Shown in pieces: positions 60,872-64,000 of a DNA stretch of 64,000 nt (its first letter is position 1; each line of letters starts with the position of its first letter). The translations under genes were made by a program, and so were the position numbers. The notes beneath the pieces were generated by a model. The model was not told the origin of the DNA. It searched no databases and was given only the letters and a program-made list of their open reading frames with translations. Source of the DNA: Anaeromyxobacteraceae bacterium (lineage in GTDB: Bacteria > Myxococcota > Myxococcia > Myxococcales > Anaeromyxobacteraceae); contig JASGHJ010000002.1 in the NCBI GenBank assembly GCA_047602405.1, positions 864,001 to 928,000 on the forward strand. Reading direction: 5' to 3'.

Positions 60872-61822
60872 ATGGGCAAGCTCGCATTCGTCTTCCCCGG
60901 CCAGGGCTCGCAGGCCGTCGGCATGGGCAAGGACCTCGTGGAGGCCTTCCCGGAGGCCCGCGCGGTGTTCGACGCGGTCGACGCCGCGCTCGGCGAGAAG
61001 CTCTCGGCCCTCTGCTTCGAGGGGCCCGAGGACGCGCTCAAGCTCACCGCCAACACCCAGCCCTGCATCCTCACCGTGTCGGCCGCGGCCGCCGCGGTGC
61101 TCGCGGCGCGCGGGGTGAAGCCGGACCTCGTGGCCGGCCACTCGCTCGGCGAGTACTCGGCGCTCGTCGCCGCCGGCGCCTGCACCGCCGCGGAGGCCGC
61201 GAAGGCCGTCCGCGCCCGCGGGACGTTCATGCAGGAGGCCGTGCCGGCCGGGCAGGGCGCCATGAGCGCCGTGCTCGGGCTCGCGCCCGCGAAGGTCGCC
61301 GAGCTGTGCCAGGCGGTGGCCGCCGAGACCGGCGAGGTGGTCTCGCCCGCGAACTTCAACGAGCCCGCCCAGACCGTCATCGCCGGCGCCGCCGGCGCGG
61401 TCGAGAAGGCCGGCCTGCGCATCAAGGAGGCCGGCGCGAAGCGGGTGGTGCCGCTCCCCGTGTCCGCCCCCTTCCACTCGGCGCTGATGCAGCCGGTGAA
61501 GGCCCGGCTCGAGCCGGTGCTGCGCGCCATCGCCTGGAAGGCCCCGGCCGTGCCGGTCGTCACGAACGTCGAGGCGAGGCCCAACGGTGACGCGGCGCGC
61601 ATCGTGCCGCTGCTCGTCGAGCAGGTGACCGCGCCCGTGCGCTGGATCGAGTGCGTCGAGGAGCTCGCGCGGCAGGGGGTGACCCGGGTGGTGGAGGTCG
61701 GCCCCGGCAAGGTGCTGTCCGGCCTGGTCCGGCGGATTCAGAAGGACATCGAGGTGCTGAACGTGGAAGATCGCGCCTCGCTCGAGAAGACCCTCGCGGC
61801 GCTGACGGCCGCGGGGACCTGA
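60872..61822 (+). CDS. fabD: Malonyl-CoA:ACP transacylase
   Basis: FPGQGSQ, GHSLGEY, SAPFHS. Confidence 0.96.
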   Translation: MGKLAFVFPGQGSQAVGMGKDLVEAFPEARAVFDAVDAALGEKLSALCFEGPEDALKLTANTQPCILTVSAAAAAVLAARGVKPDLVAGHSLGEYSALVAAGACTAAEAAKAVRARGTFMQEAVPAGQGAMSAVLGLAPAKVAELCQAVAAETGEVVSPANFNEPAQTVIAGAAGAVEKAGLRIKEAGAKRVVPLPVSAPFHSALMQPVKARLEPVLRAIAWKAPAVPVVTNVEARPNGDAARIVPLLVEQVTAPVRWIECVEELARQGVTRVVEVGPGKVLSGLVRRIQKDIEVLNVEDRASLEKTLAALTAAGT

Positions 61823-61831
61823 GGAGAGCCA

Positions 61832-62596
61832 ATGGCGGACTTCAAGGGCCAGAGCTTCAGCGGCAAGGTCGCGCTCGTCACCGGCGCGTCGCGCGGGATC
61901 GGGCGCGCCATCGCGCTCCGGCTCGCGAGGGGCGGCGCCACGGTCGCGATCAACTACGCCGGGAACGAGGCCGCCGCGAAGGAGGCCCACGACCTCGTGC
62001 TCGCCGCGGGCGCGCCGAAGGTGAAGCTCATGAAGTTCGACGTGGGCGATCCGGCCGCCTGCGCGAAGGCGATCGACGAGGTGGTGACCGAGCTCGGCGG
62101 GCTGCACGTGCTCGTCAACAACGCCGGCATCTCCATCGACGGCCTGCTGATGCGGCTCAAGGACGACGACTGGAACCGCCAGCTCCAGGTGAACCTCACC
62201 GGCGCGTTCAACCTGATGCGCGCGGCCTCCCGCCCGATGATGAAGGCGCGCGGCGGCGCGATCGTGAACGTCTCCTCGGTCGTCGGCGAGATGGGCAACG
62301 CGGGCCAGGCCGCCTACGCGGCCACGAAGGCGGGCCTCCTCGGCCTCACGAAGTCGGTCGCGCGGGAGCTCGCCTCCCGGAACATCCGCGTGAACGCGGT
62401 GACGCCCGGCTACATCGACACGGACATGACCGCGGCGCTCCCGGAGGCCGCGAAGAACAAGATGAAGGAGCTCATCCCGCTCGAGCGGCTCGGCACCGGC
62501 GACGACGTCGCCAGCGCCGTGGCCTTCCTCGCGAGCGACGATGCGGCCTACGTGACCGGAGAGGTCCTGAAGGTCAACGGCGGGATGTACATGTAG
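61832..62596 (+). CDS. fabG: 3-oxoacyl-ACP reductase
   Basis: TGASRGIG, NNAG, YAATK, VNGGMYM. Confidence 0.96.
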   Translation: MADFKGQSFSGKVALVTGASRGIGRAIALRLARGGATVAINYAGNEAAAKEAHDLVLAAGAPKVKLMKFDVGDPAACAKAIDEVVTELGGLHVLVNNAGISIDGLLMRLKDDDWNRQLQVNLTGAFNLMRAASRPMMKARGGAIVNVSSVVGEMGNAGQAAYAATKAGLLGLTKSVARELASRNIRVNAVTPGYIDTDMTAALPEAAKNKMKELIPLERLGTGDDVASAVAFLASDDAAYVTGEVLKVNGGMYM

Positions 62597-62680
62597 CCTC
62601 GGCCACCGCGCCGCGGCGAGAGCAGGCACACCAGGGTTTCAACACCACAGGGTTCACACCCACAACCGGAGGCGAAGACC

Positions 62681-62923
62681 ATGACGACGGCGAACATCGA
62701 GCAGAAGGTGAAGAACATCATCGCGGACCAGCTGGGCGTCGGCGAGGACGAGATCAAGCCCACCTCGAGCTTCATCGAGGACCTCGGCGCCGACTCGCTC
62801 GACATCGTCGAGCTCGTCATGGCGATGGAGGAGGAGTTCGAGGTCGAGATCCCGGACGAGGAGGCGGAGAACATCAAGACCGTCCAGGACGCGATCAACT
62901 ACGTCACGACGCACAAGAAGTAG
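62681..62923 (+). CDS. acpP: Acyl carrier protein
   Basis: [14 protein letters not shown]. Confidence 0.97.
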   Translation: MTTANIEQKVKNIIADQLGVGEDEIKPTSSFIEDLGADSLDIVELVMAMEEEFEVEIPDEEAENIKTVQDAINYVTTHKK

Positions 62924-62943
62924 TCCCTCGTCCTTCGACTTCG

Positions 62944-62995
62944 CCATCCCTCGTCTCCGCCACCGCTTCGCGGTGGCTACGCTCGGGACGTACGG
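62944..62995 (-). repeat. 52-bp REP-like element, copy 3 (partial copy follows to ~63024)
   Basis: Reverse complement matches copies 1 and 2. Confidence 0.85.
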
Positions 62996-63083
62996 TGTCG
63001 CGGTGGCTACGCTCAGGATGACGGCGTGCGGGGCTGCCGCGGTGGCGCGGCGGTCCGCAATTTTCACTTGAGGTGAATCAGGT

Positions 63084-64000
63084 ATGACCAGGCGTCGCGT
63101 GGTGGTGACCGGGATCGGCATCGTGTCCCCGGTGGGGATCGGCACCGAGGAGACGTGGGCTGCGCTCGTCGCGGGCAAGAGCGGCGTGGGCCCCATCACG
63201 CAGTTCGACGCCTCCTCCTACCCGACCCGCATCGCGGCGGAGGTCAAGGACTTCGACCCGACGAAGTTCATGGAGAAGAAGGAGGCCCGCCGCAACGACC
63301 GCTTCATCCACTTCGCGATGGCCGCCGGCCAGATGGCGATGACCGACTCGGGCATCGACATGGCGAAGGAGGACCCGGAGCGGTTCGGCGCCATCATCGG
63401 CGCGGGCCTCGGCGGCCTGCGCACGATCGAGGACGAGCACTCCGTCATCACCGAGAAGGGCGTGAAGCGGGTCGGCCCGTTCTTCATCCCGAGCCTCATC
63501 GTGAACCTCGCCGCCGGGCAGCTCAGCCTGAGGTACGGCCTCAAGGGCCCGAACTTCGCGCCGGTCTCCGCCTGCGCGACGGGCAACCACTCGATCGGCG
63601 ACGCGATGATGTACATCGAGCGCGGCATGGCCGACGTCATGCTGACCGGCGGGTGCGAGGCCACCATCACCCCGCTCGGCATCGGCGGCTTCTGCGCGGC
63701 GCGCGCGCTCTCCGAGCGCAACGACGACCCGACGAAGGCGAGCCGGCCGTTCGACAAGGGGCGCGACGGCTTCGTCGCGGGCGAGGGCGCGGGCCTCCTC
63801 GTGGTCGAGGAGTACGAGCACGCGAAGAAGCGCGGCGCGCGCATCTACGCCGAGCTGTGCGGCTACGGCGCCTCGGCCGACGCGTACCACATCACCTCGC
63901 CGGCGCCGGAGGGCGAAGGCGGGCAGCGCGCGATGCGGATGGCGCTGAAGGACGCGGGGCTGTCGCCGGAGCAGGTCGGGTACGTCAACACCCACGGCAC
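63084..64000 (+). CDS. fabF: 3-oxoacyl-ACP synthase II (runs off window end)
   Basis: Own translation MTRRRVVVTGIG...SACATG...SRPFDKGRDGFV...YVNTHG. Confidence 0.96.
   Translation, partial: MTRRRVVVTGIGIVSPVGIGTEETWAALVAGKSGVGPITQFDASSYPTRIAAEVKDFDPTKFMEKKEARRNDRFIHFAMAAGQMAMTDSGIDMAKEDPERFGAIIGAGLGGLRTIEDEHSVITEKGVKRVGPFFIPSLIVNLAAGQLSLRYGLKGPNFAPVSACATGNHSIGDAMMYIERGMADVMLTGGCEATITPLGIGGFCAARALSERNDDPTKASRPFDKGRDGFVAGEGAGLLVVEEYEHAKKRGARIYAELCGYGASADAYHITSPAPEGEGGQRAMRMALKDAGLSPEQVGYVNTHG

Noticed and set aside
363..63995. Many long Arg/Ala/Gly-rich ORFs antisense to or overlapping real genes (e.g. 363-3332, 25711-29382, 60452-62629)
   Set aside because: Shadow ORFs expected at very high GC; no recognisable motifs

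Overview
Very GC-rich bacterial chromosome segment; gene content suggests Myxococcota, Anaeromyxobacter-like (inference). Positions 1-41.8 kb are mostly core/metabolic: htpX, an archaeal-type DNA topoisomerase VI pair followed by a tiny Lys/Arg-rich gene, a probable selenocysteine redoxin, a multiheme cytochrome, phenylalanine hydroxylase, hemerythrin, an NfnA-NfnB-Cys cluster-diiron fusion, fused CcsBA, a phosphohexomutase and Tat-signal TldD/PmbA. Positions ~41.9-44.9 kb look like older island cargo. A ~12-kb integrative, satellite-like element (44905-56987) sits in the 3' end of tRNA-Arg(CCG). Its tyrosine integrase is split by the att site: excision would join it in frame to a 117-aa tail ending in an excisionase-like HTH, whereas the integrated form ends after 7 residues read antisense through the tRNA. 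The element also carries a D5/P4-type helicase, a serine resolvase and a PIN-domain gene pair. The window ends in the yceD-rpmF-plsX-fabH-fabD-fabG-acpP-fabF cluster. Nine genes are frameshifted; seven of these are single-base insertions inside GATC and are most likely methylation-linked sequencing errors.
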